This document shows, piece by piece, positions 1 through 8,869 of a stretch of DNA of 60,001 nucleotides. The stretch's first letter is position 1; the number at the start of each line of letters is the position of its first letter. A model generated the notes under the pieces. That model was not told the origin of the DNA. It did not search any database and worked only from the letters and a program-made list of their open reading frames with translations. The position numbers were made by a program, and so were the translations under genes. Origin of the DNA: a virus (Duplodnaviria; Caudoviricetes); IMG/VR virus record IMGVR_UViG_3300021225_000464, positions 1-60,001 of that record; one strand, written 5' to 3'.

Positions 1-537
1 AAAAAAAAAACAAAAATAAATAAAACAAATAATATAAACAAAGATAATTTAGACGAAGTTATAGGTTGCTCAGGTTATGGTCCGTCAACACCTCAATTTA
101 AATTAGCTAAAGTTATGGCACAGAAAGAGGGATGGAATAAAACTGATAATAATGGAAAAGGTTCAAGAAGTTATAGAAACAATAATCCAGGTAATTTAGA
201 TTATCAGGATGGTTTTAAATCGGTTGATAAAGATGTTACAAAAGAAACTACGTTAGACGGTAAAGTTGGTAGATTTGCAAAATTTAGTTCACCATGTTTA
301 GGTTCAAAGGCTTTAATAGAACAAAAAATCATTAAATGGTCTAAAGGTGAAATGCCGGATTATGGTCAAGCTCCTAATTATAATAAAGGTCAAAAACCAA
401 CTCTTAAGCAATTTATGTATACCTACGCACCACCTACTGAAAATGACACCACAAAATATATAAAATTTATTTTACAAAGTTTAAATAACCCTAAATTTAA
501 TGAAAATACCTTAATGAAGGATATTTTAAAAATATAA
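1..537 (+). CDS. Lysozyme-like virion/peptidoglycan-hydrolase-type protein, 5' truncated
   Basis: Frame is open from base 1. Motifs RNNNPGNL, FAKF and YAPPTENDT..YI are typical of phage lysozyme-like structural proteins. Confidence 0.6.
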   Translation, partial: KKKTKINKTNNINKDNLDEVIGCSGYGPSTPQFKLAKVMAQKEGWNKTDNNGKGSRSYRNNNPGNLDYQDGFKSVDKDVTKETTLDGKVGRFAKFSSPCLGSKALIEQKIIKWSKGEMPDYGQAPNYNKGQKPTLKQFMYTYAPPTENDTTKYIKFILQSLNNPKFNENTLMKDILKI

Positions 538-559
538 TTTAAGATACTATTTATAAGAT

Positions 560-877
560 ATGAAAAAGTTTATTATTACAGAAAACCAATTAGAATTCAT
601 TGTTAAAAGATACATTAACGAAGATGCGAGATACGTAATGTCTTTTGACGAATTTATGAGACATAAAAACAAAGACCAACAGTATAAATGTGGTTATGAA
701 AACTTATGTTTTGTAATTCATGATGGAAACTACCAAATTGATTTGGATGAAAAGTTTCATGAAAAACACAAAATTCCTAATGGTGTTGGTGGAACAATTT
801 ACCACGATGGTAACAATACTTATTTCTGTCCTGACTTTGGTGATGACAGACCACAGAGAACTATTCAGGTTTATTAA
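560..877 (+). CDS. Hypothetical protein with putative head-targeting leader
   Basis: N-terminus MKKFIITENQLEFIVKRYINE; TATTTAT at 548-554. Confidence 0.7.
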   Translation: MKKFIITENQLEFIVKRYINEDARYVMSFDEFMRHKNKDQQYKCGYENLCFVIHDGNYQIDLDEKFHEKHKIPNGVGGTIYHDGNNTYFCPDFGDDRPQRTIQVY

Positions 878-1569
878 AATTCGAACTGATGTTCGAATTC
901 ATAACCAGTAGCTTCTGTTTCAACATTCATACGAAAATCTAATTCTATTTTTTCTTCGGCGTTATTAATTGTGAACGTTCCTTCCGAACCTTCATTTATT
1001 TCCCATCCACCATGGTTACTTTCAAGAATATTGTATAATTTGTCTTCCCAAACTGCTGGGAGAGTAACTCTTTCATTATTATCATTAGTGTGTCCATAAT
1101 CATCAATATAACCTGAGTCACCCGAACCGCTGAATTCAATTCTAATTTCTGTTTTACCTTCTTCTCTCCATTTAAGCATGTCTTCAAGTAATTCTTTTTC
1201 ATCAATTTCGAACTCTCCTACAGATGATTCAAAGTCCATTGTGAATATGGTTTCCTTAACGGTAAATTTTTTATTAAATGTAAAGTATGTAAATGTTATT
1301 CTACCTCTTTGGTCACCATCTATTTGTGATAAATCAAGAACATTATCTTTTAAAGTTTCAAAAAACTTGTCTAAAAAATCTACCATACTATCAGGTAGTA
1401 CTGGAACAGCATTACCTTTATTAGTGAAAGGACTAAAATAATAATCAACATATCCATCATACCCAAGGTAGATGTCATTTTCAACATATGTCATACCGTT
1501 ACTTAATAAGATGTAATGGAGTAGTTTAAATTTTTTTACAAGTTCTGGATTTTTAAATAATTCTTTCAT
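874..1569 (-). CDS. DUF6878-like protein
   Basis: Motifs FSGSGDSGYID and GWEINEGSEGTF. Start moved to the ATG at 1569 (MKELF), 4 nt from a TATTTAT motif at 1574-1580. Confidence 0.6.
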   Translation of the reverse strand: MKELFKNPELVKKFKLLHYILLSNGMTYVENDIYLGYDGYVDYYFSPFTNKGNAVPVLPDSMVDFLDKFFETLKDNVLDLSQIDGDQRGRITFTYFTFNKKFTVKETIFTMDFESSVGEFEIDEKELLEDMLKWREEGKTEIRIEFSGSGDSGYIDDYGHTNDNNERVTLPAVWEDKLYNILESNHGGWEINEGSEGTFTINNAEEKIELDFRMNVETEATGYEFEHQFEF

Positions 1570-1580
1570 AGTAATAAATA

Positions 1581-1934
1581 TCAATCATCAATTTCTAACT
1601 TCATGGTTTTAATCATCCATAAAGGTCTTTGTTTATTTTCTAATGCTAACACCCATTCTTTTGCGGAAGGTATGTATCCGTTACAATCTTCCATTACATG
1701 TTGTTCGCCGACATAACGGGTGTATACCGTTTTTCCGTCACTATTTTTAAATTCAGGACCAAACTTTTGTTCCATTTCAAATATACCTTCTGAATGATGT
1801 CTGAACATTCTGTGTAACGAATGACCATACCAAGCCTTTGTTTCATCTAACCATTCGTGTAGATGGATATAATCTTCCCATTTACCTCCGAATTTTTTTG
1901 CCGATGATTTTGAATGTAGGATTGGATGTGCCAT
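1581..1934 (-). CDS. DUF6915-like His-rich protein
   Basis: MAHP..HSKSSAKKFGG..EDY..H.W.D.TK...HRMFRHHSEGIF...EQHV.ED pattern. Confidence 0.7.
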   Translation of the reverse strand: MAHPILHSKSSAKKFGGKWEDYIHLHEWLDETKAWYGHSLHRMFRHHSEGIFEMEQKFGPEFKNSDGKTVYTRYVGEQHVMEDCNGYIPSAKEWVLALENKQRPLWMIKTMKLEIDD

Positions 1935-1938
1935 AATT

Positions 1939-2208
1939 TTAATGTTCTATTGATGTTGTTAATATATAATCCTCAGGAAGTGAAAGAATTTTGACAGTAT
2001 GTAAGACAAGAATTTCCAAACCTTCTGGAAAAAGTTCAATTGCGTATTCATAATTTGTTGGATATAATTTTATGGATAAAATGTTTCTTTTTTGACTAAT
2101 TGAATGAGAAAACTCCGTAACTTTGATTTCGGAATTTTCACCAAACCATTGGTCAATGTCTTTTTTGTTTGTTTTATTTAGGACTTTTTCAAAAAAACTC
2201 TTTTTCAT
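1939..2208 (-). CDS. Hypothetical protein
   Basis: 89-aa ORF tiled in the same direction as its neighbours. Confidence 0.6.
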   Translation of the reverse strand: MKKSFFEKVLNKTNKKDIDQWFGENSEIKVTEFSHSISQKRNILSIKLYPTNYEYAIELFPEGLEILVLHTVKILSLPEDYILTTSIEH

Positions 2209-2249
2209 AATTATATATACAAAAGAAATATAAGATATTTATTGTTAAG

Positions 2250-2633
2250 ATGAAAGTAAATTTGTATGATAAATCTAGTGGACTTGGTTCTGAACAGATA
2301 AATGTTATTCAGGACTTCTTGAGATTTTGCCAAAAAAACTCTCCACTCAAGAAAGACGTTGACATTCACCTTCTTGGTGAACGTTTCGGTAAGATGACTA
2401 CAGGTAGTGAAATTACTGGTAAAATTAAAGTTCTTGCCGCTGGTAGAATGTTGATTGACATATTAAGAACTGTCGCTCACGAGTGGGTTCATGAGTTCGC
2501 TCGTCAGAGAAATATTAAGTTGCAAGGTTTCAATACTATATCACAAGAAAACTATGCCAATTCTGAGGCAGGGATTATGATACGTATGTATGAAAAAAGT
2601 AATCCACAACTAACCGCATTGTTGTATAACTAA
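2250..2633 (+). CDS. Zincin-like metallopeptidase (HExxH)
   Basis: RTVAHEWVH followed by ENYANSEAG; TATTTAT at 2236-2242. Confidence 0.6.
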   Translation: MKVNLYDKSSGLGSEQINVIQDFLRFCQKNSPLKKDVDIHLLGERFGKMTTGSEITGKIKVLAAGRMLIDILRTVAHEWVHEFARQRNIKLQGFNTISQENYANSEAGIMIRMYEKSNPQLTALLYN

Positions 2634-2656
2634 GAAAGATTATGTATATTTGTCCT

Positions 2657-2863
2657 ATGGATAGGGACTTTCAATGGATACGTAAAGTTATTGGTTCAAT
2701 AACTCATTTCGGGCAAATTCAATCTGCGGAAAATCTGGTTGAATTATATGTTAAAAAATATGAAGATTCTGAAGAATTAACACAATATTCTTTGGACTTT
2801 GAATGTAGTATTGTTTCATTGAAAAAACAATTAATTGGTAAGAAAGCAATTCTTGAGTTATGA
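2657..2863 (+). CDS. Hypothetical protein
   Basis: Start moved to MDRDFQW, just after the TATATTTG element at 2645-2652. Confidence 0.6.
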   Translation: MDRDFQWIRKVIGSITHFGQIQSAENLVELYVKKYEDSEELTQYSLDFECSIVSLKKQLIGKKAILEL

Positions 2864-3456
2864 TTGAAAAAATAAAAGAACTTTATTGGACTAAAATTGG
2901 TTATAAAGTAAGAGGTTTTTTTACCTCTGTTGGTAATCTGATTAAGTGGTTTCCTGTTATTTGGAAAGACCGTGATTGGGACGACCATTATATTTTTGAG
3001 GTATTCAAGTTCAAGTTAGAAAAACAGGCTAAGTACATTAAAGAAAAAGGATTTCACACTAATTCAGACCTTGATGCTAAAAGAATGATGTTGTGTGTTA
3101 AACTGATGGAAAAAGTTCAGGAAGATTTTTATACCATGGAATACATGGATTATGAGGAAAAAGATTTTTTCTTTGTTCCGACAGGTGAAGGTATTGAAGA
3201 TGGTGAGGGTGGGTATTATATGGAGACACGTTTGAAAAAAGAAAATCTAAATGATTTTTTCAAAAAATATCCATTGGTGTATAAGAAAATTGTTACCAAT
3301 AAAAAGTATCATATTTTTAAAATGGACAACGAGGACTTAACTTCATACGAGGTTAAATCAAGAATTGCTTTGAATATCGGAAGATACAATCACGAAAGGG
3401 CTAGAAAGTTACTTTTCAAAATCTTGAGTGAGAATATTGAACGTTGGTGGAATTAA
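2860..3456 (+). CDS. Hypothetical phage protein
   Basis: 198-aa ORF with an ATGA overlap; WFPVIWKDRDWD...WW pattern seen in phage proteins. Confidence 0.7.
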   Translation: MIEKIKELYWTKIGYKVRGFFTSVGNLIKWFPVIWKDRDWDDHYIFEVFKFKLEKQAKYIKEKGFHTNSDLDAKRMMLCVKLMEKVQEDFYTMEYMDYEEKDFFFVPTGEGIEDGEGGYYMETRLKKENLNDFFKKYPLVYKKIVTNKKYHIFKMDNEDLTSYEVKSRIALNIGRYNHERARKLLFKILSENIERWWN

Positions 3457-3773
3457 TTTGAAGGTGTTTCTTCTTCAGTTGTTTCTTCTATCGGTTCAAT
3501 AATTGTTGTTTCATCAGAATTATCTTTTGATTTTCTATAACCTAAAAGAGTTGCTCCAATACCAACAAGGATGATTGATTGTGTAATAACATCAATATCT
3601 TTGTTTAAAAACATTTTATCTACACATCCCATAAAGAATGTTATCCCACCGATAAAAACGATGTAAAGACCTGCAGTTCCACTTCCTGATGTCTTTCCTG
3701 TGCTATTGGAAGTCATTTCAGCAAAAGAAAACTTTTTGATGTTTCCGATTTGTTTTTTAATATACTCTTTCAT
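3453..3773 (-). CDS. Small membrane protein (two TM helices)
   Basis: Hydrophobic segments GLYIVFIGGITFFMG and IILVGIGATLLGY. Confidence 0.7.
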   Translation of the reverse strand: MKEYIKKQIGNIKKFSFAEMTSNSTGKTSGSGTAGLYIVFIGGITFFMGCVDKMFLNKDIDVITQSIILVGIGATLLGYRKSKDNSDETTIIEPIEETTEEETPSN

Positions 3774-3776
3774 TTT

Positions 3777-3908
3777 TTACCTCCCTTGACCTTTATAAGG
3801 TTTTTTGTAATTCTTACTTGTTTTATTGGATGTAAATTTCTTTGATGATTTACCTGATTTCTTAACTCCGAATGATAACTTCGTTGAACCTGTTGATTTA
3901 GCTGCCAT
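3777..3908 (-). CDS. Small basic protein, 43 aa (not in ORF track)
   Basis: Manual translation MAAKSTGSTKLSFGVKKSGKSSKKFTSNKTSKNYKKPYKGQGR*; fills the gap exactly. Confidence 0.75.
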   Translation of the reverse strand: MAAKSTGSTKLSFGVKKSGKSSKKFTSNKTSKNYKKPYKGQGR

Positions 3909-3979
3909 TATTTTATTTATTTAGCAATAAGTATGTGATTTTTTTAAAATTGTATGTATTTATAAATAAAAATTAAATT

Positions 3980-4618
3980 ATGAAAAAATTATTAGATATT
4001 TCTTCTGAAGAAAGAAACAGAATTTTGGAAATGCATCAAAGTGCTACCAAGAGAAATTATTTGAGTGAACAATCAACTCAACAGGTAGCGGCTGGACCAA
4101 CAGTTAAAGGTGTTACTTATAAACTACAAGGGTTAACTGATAAAAATATTAATGATTTTTTGAATGTTACAAATAATGGTGGTTTGTGTGAATTTTTTGA
4201 CCCTGTTTTTTATGACATTCTTAATCAAACTAGAGATAAAAAAAATATGGTTGGTTGGGTTTCTTATTGCGGTACTCCAGACCCTGGTAATCCATGTTGT
4301 GACATGGTTTCTAATTTGAAAGATTATATAAATGTTTTGGCAAAATCATTTACCACAACTGAACAATTTAAAACATATCCATTTTCAAAATATATGGAAA
4401 CAGCGGCAAAAGGAAAAGTATTTAAAAGTCTTTGGACTCAAAAAATGAAAGACCTATTAGACCGAAGTGGAAATGGTAATTTATATGACGTAGCAAAGGC
4501 TAAACAATTATTAGGTACTAAAGGACAAAATCAAGGACAATCATTTGATAACTTAATTTTTAGTTTCCTTGTTAATCAACAGTTGGAAAAGGCAAAACTT
4601 CCTAAAATGACTGTTTAA
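3980..4618 (+). CDS. Putative head-packaged protein (cassette 1, late gene)
   Basis: Leader MKKLLDISSEERNRILEMH...YLSE|Q; TATTTAT at 3957-3963; Cys-containing body. Confidence 0.65.
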   Translation: MKKLLDISSEERNRILEMHQSATKRNYLSEQSTQQVAAGPTVKGVTYKLQGLTDKNINDFLNVTNNGGLCEFFDPVFYDILNQTRDKKNMVGWVSYCGTPDPGNPCCDMVSNLKDYINVLAKSFTTTEQFKTYPFSKYMETAAKGKVFKSLWTQKMKDLLDRSGNGNLYDVAKAKQLLGTKGQNQGQSFDNLIFSFLVNQQLEKAKLPKMTV

Positions 4619-4638
4619 TATAAAAATAATTAGAAATT

Positions 4639-4668
4639 AAAAAGGGAAGACGTGTCTTCCCTTTTTTT
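4639..4668. terminator. Bidirectional intrinsic terminator
   Basis: AAAAAGGGAAGA-CGTG-TCTTCCCTTTTTTT between convergent genes. Confidence 0.85.
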
Positions 4669-5101
4669 ATTTAATGGTGAATGTGACATCATCACCTTTT
4701 GAAAAAGAACCAAAAACTCTATTACCATCTTGGTATTCAGTGATAAACTCAAGAGTATCTTCATTTTCAATTTTACCAAGTGTGAAGTATGTTTTGGTAC
4801 CGTTATCATCAACAATACAATCAAAAACATTTTTTGTTTCAAAAATTTCAGTGATTGGGAAATCAAATTCCCCATTGAAATTAACTAGGTGAACTGTTTT
4901 TTTATTGAAGTCAAATGTGTAAACATTTTTCCCAATCCCATAGTCAGGATACTCTATCAAATCCATATCCATTGCCTGAAATGTTGGGACTAATGAACTG
5001 TGATTAAAATTTTGAAATTTTGTAGTTGTTACTGTAACAATTTGTCCATTAACAACTAAACTTGTTAGGGTAACTACTAAAGAAAGAAATAAGTTTTTCA
5101 T
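4667..5101 (-). CDS. Secreted beta-rich protein with Sec signal peptide (cassette 1)
   Basis: MKNLFLSLVVTLTSLVVNG|Q signal peptide with Gln at +1; TATATTTG on the minus strand at 5128-5135. Confidence 0.75.
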   Translation of the reverse strand: MKNLFLSLVVTLTSLVVNGQIVTVTTTKFQNFNHSSLVPTFQAMDMDLIEYPDYGIGKNVYTFDFNKKTVHLVNFNGEFDFPITEIFETKNVFDCIVDDNGTKTYFTLGKIENEDTLEFITEYQDGNRVFGSFSKGDDVTFTIK

Positions 5102-5174
5102 AGGACTTGATTATTTAATTATTTCTACAAATATACACAAAATATTCGTCCACACAAACATATTTATTAATAAA
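5081..5174. repeat. 94-bp direct repeat, copy 1 (divergent promoter block)
   Basis: Matches 6436-6529 with 4 mismatches. Contains the first 7 codons of the secreted gene, CAAATATA and TATTTAT. Confidence 0.95.
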
Positions 5175-5184
5175 ATATTTTATT

Positions 5185-5991
5185 ATGAAAAAAGTAATTA
5201 GACTAACTGAAAATGATTTAGTTAGAATTATAAAAAAAGTTATATCTGAACAAGATACAACACAAACTACTGGTACAACACAAACCACCACTCAAAGTCC
5301 TGATTTATCTAATTTAGGTATAAAAACACTTAATGGTGGTATTAAAGTTGTTGAGGTTCCTCAAAAACAAAGTCGTGATATAGAAAAAATTGCTAAACAA
5401 ACTGGCGATAAAGTTTATGGGGTAGGTAAATATGAAACAATAAGTTCAGTGGGTGGAAATTATCAGGGAATGCTTGTAGTTAAAAAAGAGGCGTATCAAA
5501 AATTATTATCAGACAAAGGTATTACTGTTGTGGAAGGGGAACATTGTTCTGAACCAAGATGGACAGGTAAAAAAGATAAAAATAATCCTACCGGTTGGGT
5601 GTACACATGGAAGGTAGGTAATGATTTTTCTAAATACGTTGTCAAACCATTACCATGGGATTTATTTAATAAAATACTTAATGAAAGAGGAACACCAGGA
5701 TGTCCTGACGATAGAGCAAATAGACACATGCATCCTAAACATAAAGGGGATTATTCAGGAGGTAATTTTACAGACCCAAAAGTAAGTCAAACGTCAAAGA
5801 ATTTCTTTAATGACCCAACCTCAAATTCAAATCTTAGAGCTTTTTGTAATAATTTAAAATCCACAAGTTTTTATCGTATTAATGGTTTTCCGGGTATATC
5901 GGCAAAATGTCCTGTATTTGTTGATGGTAGTGACGAAGATATGGAACGTTCATTTTCTACAAATGATTATATAAGGATTCAAGTTATTTAA
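5185..5991 (+). CDS. Putative head-packaged protein (cassette 2, late gene)
   Basis: Leader MKKVIRLTENDLVRIIKKVISE|Q, Thr-rich linker, four Cys; TATTTAT at 5161-5167. Confidence 0.65.
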   Translation: MKKVIRLTENDLVRIIKKVISEQDTTQTTGTTQTTTQSPDLSNLGIKTLNGGIKVVEVPQKQSRDIEKIAKQTGDKVYGVGKYETISSVGGNYQGMLVVKKEAYQKLLSDKGITVVEGEHCSEPRWTGKKDKNNPTGWVYTWKVGNDFSKYVVKPLPWDLFNKILNERGTPGCPDDRANRHMHPKHKGDYSGGNFTDPKVSQTSKNFFNDPTSNSNLRAFCNNLKSTSFYRINGFPGISAKCPVFVDGSDEDMERSFSTNDYIRIQVI

Positions 5992-5993
5992 TT

Positions 5994-6018
5994 AAAAACC
6001 CCTCTAACGAGGGGTTTT
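5994..6018. terminator. Bidirectional intrinsic terminator
   Basis: AAAAACCCCTC-TAAC-GAGGGGTTTT overlapping the stop of the minus-strand gene. Confidence 0.75.
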
Positions 6019-6456
6019 CTTTTTACATTTAACATCAAAACACATGTAACCTTCAGTAGTTTCATTATTAATGTCATACTCAACTAACATATTAACTGAT
6101 TTATTATCATTTTTGTAAAGAACTACAACACCTTTAAAACCTTTAGTATCAACACATTCAAAAGAAATTAAAATATCGTTTGATGGATTTTTGAATACCT
6201 CAGTGATAACAAAATTAAATACCACACCCTCGCCATTTTTCATAGTTAAAGATTCATTATCAACATCAATAGTGTAAACAACTTCCCCCTGACCAAGAGT
6301 GGTATATGTGATTAAACCATTTTCCAAAGATGGGATAAAATTAACTTCTTTTGGATGTTGAAATTTTTGGATAGTATCGGTTTTTACAACAAATACTTGA
6401 GAGTTAGCAACTAAACCAACCATCACTAAAACAAGAGAAAGAAATAAATTTTTCAT
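6004..6456 (-). CDS. Secreted beta-rich protein, paralog of 4667-5101 (cassette 2)
   Basis: MKNLFLSLVLVMVGLVANS|Q; shares YT.D....(T/S) and F.F.ITE.F motifs with the paralog; CAAATATA at 6483-6490. Confidence 0.75.
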   Translation of the reverse strand: MKNLFLSLVLVMVGLVANSQVFVVKTDTIQKFQHPKEVNFIPSLENGLITYTTLGQGEVVYTIDVDNESLTMKNGEGVVFNFVITEVFKNPSNDILISFECVDTKGFKGVVVLYKNDNKSVNMLVEYDINNETTEGYMCFDVKCKKKTPR

Positions 6457-6529
6457 AGGACTTGATTATTTAATTATTTCTACAAATATACACAAAATAT
6501 TCCTCCACACAAATATATTTATAAATAAA
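6436..6529. repeat. 94-bp direct repeat, copy 2
   Basis: Aligned by eye to 5081-5174, 1355 bp apart, 4 mismatches. Confidence 0.95.
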
Positions 6530-6570
6530 GTGAACTTTGTTCATAAACTTTAAACCCACGTTAATGGATA

Positions 6571-6774
6571 ATGACGAAAATGAAACGAATTCTAACGGAA
6601 AATGTTGCCACCTATTGCCTTATGCTCGCAATGTTTTTCAATCCACTAGGATTCGACATAATGTTCAAAGCAATTTTAGATTACACAAGTTCCTATTGGA
6701 TTACCACAGGAATTTTCTATTGTATTTCAGCATTATTCTTTGGGTTGTATTTCTTATTACGAAGTAAAAAATGA
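6571..6774 (+). CDS. Small two-TM membrane protein
   Basis: Two hydrophobic segments and a basic C-terminus; ATGA overlap with the next gene. Confidence 0.55.
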   Translation: MTKMKRILTENVATYCLMLAMFFNPLGFDIMFKAILDYTSSYWITTGIFYCISALFFGLYFLLRSKK

Positions 6775-7370
6775 ATATCAAAAAAATCATCAAAAAAGTT
6801 CTTAACGAGTCAGTGGAAAAACCACTTATCTCAGAACACCTTAATTATCATGTAACAAATGATATACCACTAAACGACAACATCTTCAGGTTTGGTTCAG
6901 AGGAGTTCTTCAATGTAATTAACGAAGCTCGTGAATTGTATTTTGAAGGAATGGTTGAATTAAATGAAGATGACGTTGAACTTGTTGAATCTGATTTTGG
7001 AAAACAAGTAAAATTATCAAGTGGAAGAGTTATTTACTTGGATACTCCTATGGAAGAAGAGTTTATTTCTGAAGCTGAGTATAACGGAAAAAAGGTAGAA
7101 CTTGGAAAACCAAGAAGAAACAGTGGTGGTGGGAAGAAATATGTTGTTTATGTAAAGAACCCATCAACAGGTAGAGTTAAGAAGATTTCATTTGGTGACG
7201 TTCATGGTGGGTTGACTGCTAAGGTATCTAACCCTAAAGCTCGTAAATCATTTGCTGCAAGACATCAGTGTTCTAAGAAGAAAGATAGATTAACTGCTGG
7301 TTATTGGGCATGTCGTTTGAACCGTTTTGGTTATTTGTGGGGTGGTAAAACTTATCCTGGATTTTGGTAA
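6771..7370 (+). CDS. Conserved phage protein: leader, acidic region, basic C-terminal domain
   Basis: MNIKKIIKKVLNE leader; after FISE|A comes KKYVVYVKN..KKISFGD..RKSFAARHQC..GYWAC. Confidence 0.7.
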   Translation: MNIKKIIKKVLNESVEKPLISEHLNYHVTNDIPLNDNIFRFGSEEFFNVINEARELYFEGMVELNEDDVELVESDFGKQVKLSSGRVIYLDTPMEEEFISEAEYNGKKVELGKPRRNSGGGKKYVVYVKNPSTGRVKKISFGDVHGGLTAKVSNPKARKSFAARHQCSKKKDRLTAGYWACRLNRFGYLWGGKTYPGFW

Positions 7371-7371
7371 T

Positions 7372-7638
7372 ATGAAACCGTATAAAGATAAACAACTTAC
7401 AGAAACTTCTAAGATTAGAGTTTTCAAATCAGATGTTGATAGTGGTGAACTACAATGGCATCGTGATAGAGAAGATAGATTGGTTGAAGTGATAGAGGGT
7501 AATGGTTGGAAGTTCCAATTAGACAATCAGTTACCAATCAATTTAAACGAAGGTCAAGTATTGTTAATTCCAAAAGGGACTTATCACAGAATATTCAAAG
7601 GAAAGGATGATTTAAAAATCAAAATTGATTTTATCTAA
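7372..7638 (+). CDS. Cupin-fold protein
   Basis: WHRDREDR.VEV and IPKGTYHR cupin motifs; start moved to ATG 7372. Confidence 0.7.
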   Translation: MKPYKDKQLTETSKIRVFKSDVDSGELQWHRDREDRLVEVIEGNGWKFQLDNQLPINLNEGQVLLIPKGTYHRIFKGKDDLKIKIDFI

Positions 7639-8251
7639 GAATTCTTTTAACAACCGTATCAATCAATCTCTTTAAGAAATTACCTGAGATGGTAATAAGA
7701 CCAAATGAAACAAGTGACTTTGTTAACATTTCAGCGTCGTTCATATCCCACACTCCTTCAGCAACAGCATCGTAAATCATAGGAATGATTGGAACAAGAA
7801 ATGCGTAACTCAACATGTTTGATACACTGAAAGTAATTACATTTAAACTTTTTAAGAAATCTGCTAACGCTCCTTTTAATTGGTTTGCTTTCATTGCTCC
7901 TGTTTTAAAAGGTTCTTCCAAACCATGTTCTTTAATTTTTTCAATTAAACTTTTAACAAATGGTTTTTCTTGAAAGAAGATTACCGAAGCAATACCAACG
8001 GCAATTAACGAAGCGTCTTTTTGTGTAATATCAGGGTATTCTCCATTAAGATACTGCATCACAGGACCCATAAATCCTCCGATTGATGCTCCCCATGTTA
8101 ACATCATCTTTAAATTCATAGAAGTGTTTTGTTGAACGTCATGAACAATTTGTTTAGTAAATTCCATTCCGTCTTCCTGAACTTCTTTTACACGTTCATT
8201 AACTTCTTCAAATAAGAGTTTTCTTTGTGATTCAGATATTAAATATTTCAT
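7631..8251 (-). CDS. Membrane-segment protein with putative head-targeting leader
   Basis: MKYLISESQRKLLFEE leader; several hydrophobic helices. Confidence 0.65.
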   Translation of the reverse strand: MKYLISESQRKLLFEEVNERVKEVQEDGMEFTKQIVHDVQQNTSMNLKMMLTWGASIGGFMGPVMQYLNGEYPDITQKDASLIAVGIASVIFFQEKPFVKSLIEKIKEHGLEEPFKTGAMKANQLKGALADFLKSLNVITFSVSNMLSYAFLVPIIPMIYDAVAEGVWDMNDAEMLTKSLVSFGLITISGNFLKRLIDTVVKRILR

Positions 8252-8267
8252 TATATTTATAAATATA
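8252..8267. promoter_or_regulatory. Palindromic bidirectional late-promoter candidate
   Basis: Perfect palindrome TATATTTATAAATATA filling the 15-nt gap between divergent ATGs. Confidence 0.7.
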
Positions 8268-8869
8268 TGAAATCAAAATTAAATCCACAATTGAAACCAG
8301 GTGACAGAATTGTCTTGATTGATATGACCGAAGAACCAACATTATCTTTTGGTGATAAAGGAACTTTTACGGGTGTTCATAAAGGTGGTGGATTTAATCA
8401 ATACAAAGTTAAATGGGACAAGGGTGGTTCATTATATATGTTAGATGAAGATAAATGGATGAAGGAAGAGGATTTTAATGAAATGATGGAAAAAAAGAAA
8501 AATAGAAACATCCAAGAAAGTCAGATAAGTGACTTATCTGATGATTCATTTTTATTGAAACATTTTAACATGTTATTCTTAAAAAGATATTTGAATAAAC
8601 TTAGAGAGTCTAGTGTTGTTAATATGTTTGCGGCCGCACCATATCTTTATATGGGTAAAGAAAGATTGGCCCACGAACACAAGTATAGTGATACCAATGA
8701 AGCGTTTGATGAGGTATTGGATATGGCAGACCAAGCTCAAAGAGAAATGGTAAGTGGTGTGATTAGTATTCTTGAAGAAGAAGATAAAGAACTTTCGTCT
8801 GAAAACATTAATTCAAAACTTAAACGTTACTCACCAAAGATAATTAAGTTCTACGCAAAGTATTACTAA
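8267..8869 (+). CDS. DUF4314-like N-domain fused to an LRES..NMF.A.PYL domain
   Basis: LKPGDRIVLIDM...GDKGT...VKWDKGGSL, then LRESSVVNMFAAAPYL. Confidence 0.55.
   Translation: MKSKLNPQLKPGDRIVLIDMTEEPTLSFGDKGTFTGVHKGGGFNQYKVKWDKGGSLYMLDEDKWMKEEDFNEMMEKKKNRNIQESQISDLSDDSFLLKHFNMLFLKRYLNKLRESSVVNMFAAAPYLYMGKERLAHEHKYSDTNEAFDEVLDMADQAQREMVSGVISILEEEDKELSSENINSKLKRYSPKIIKFYAKYY

Noticed and set aside
5081-6529. 94-bp repeats as a CRISPR array, transposon ends or att sites
   Set aside because: Only two long direct copies, each containing a start codon and promoter motifs; no spacer pattern, transposase or integrase nearby.
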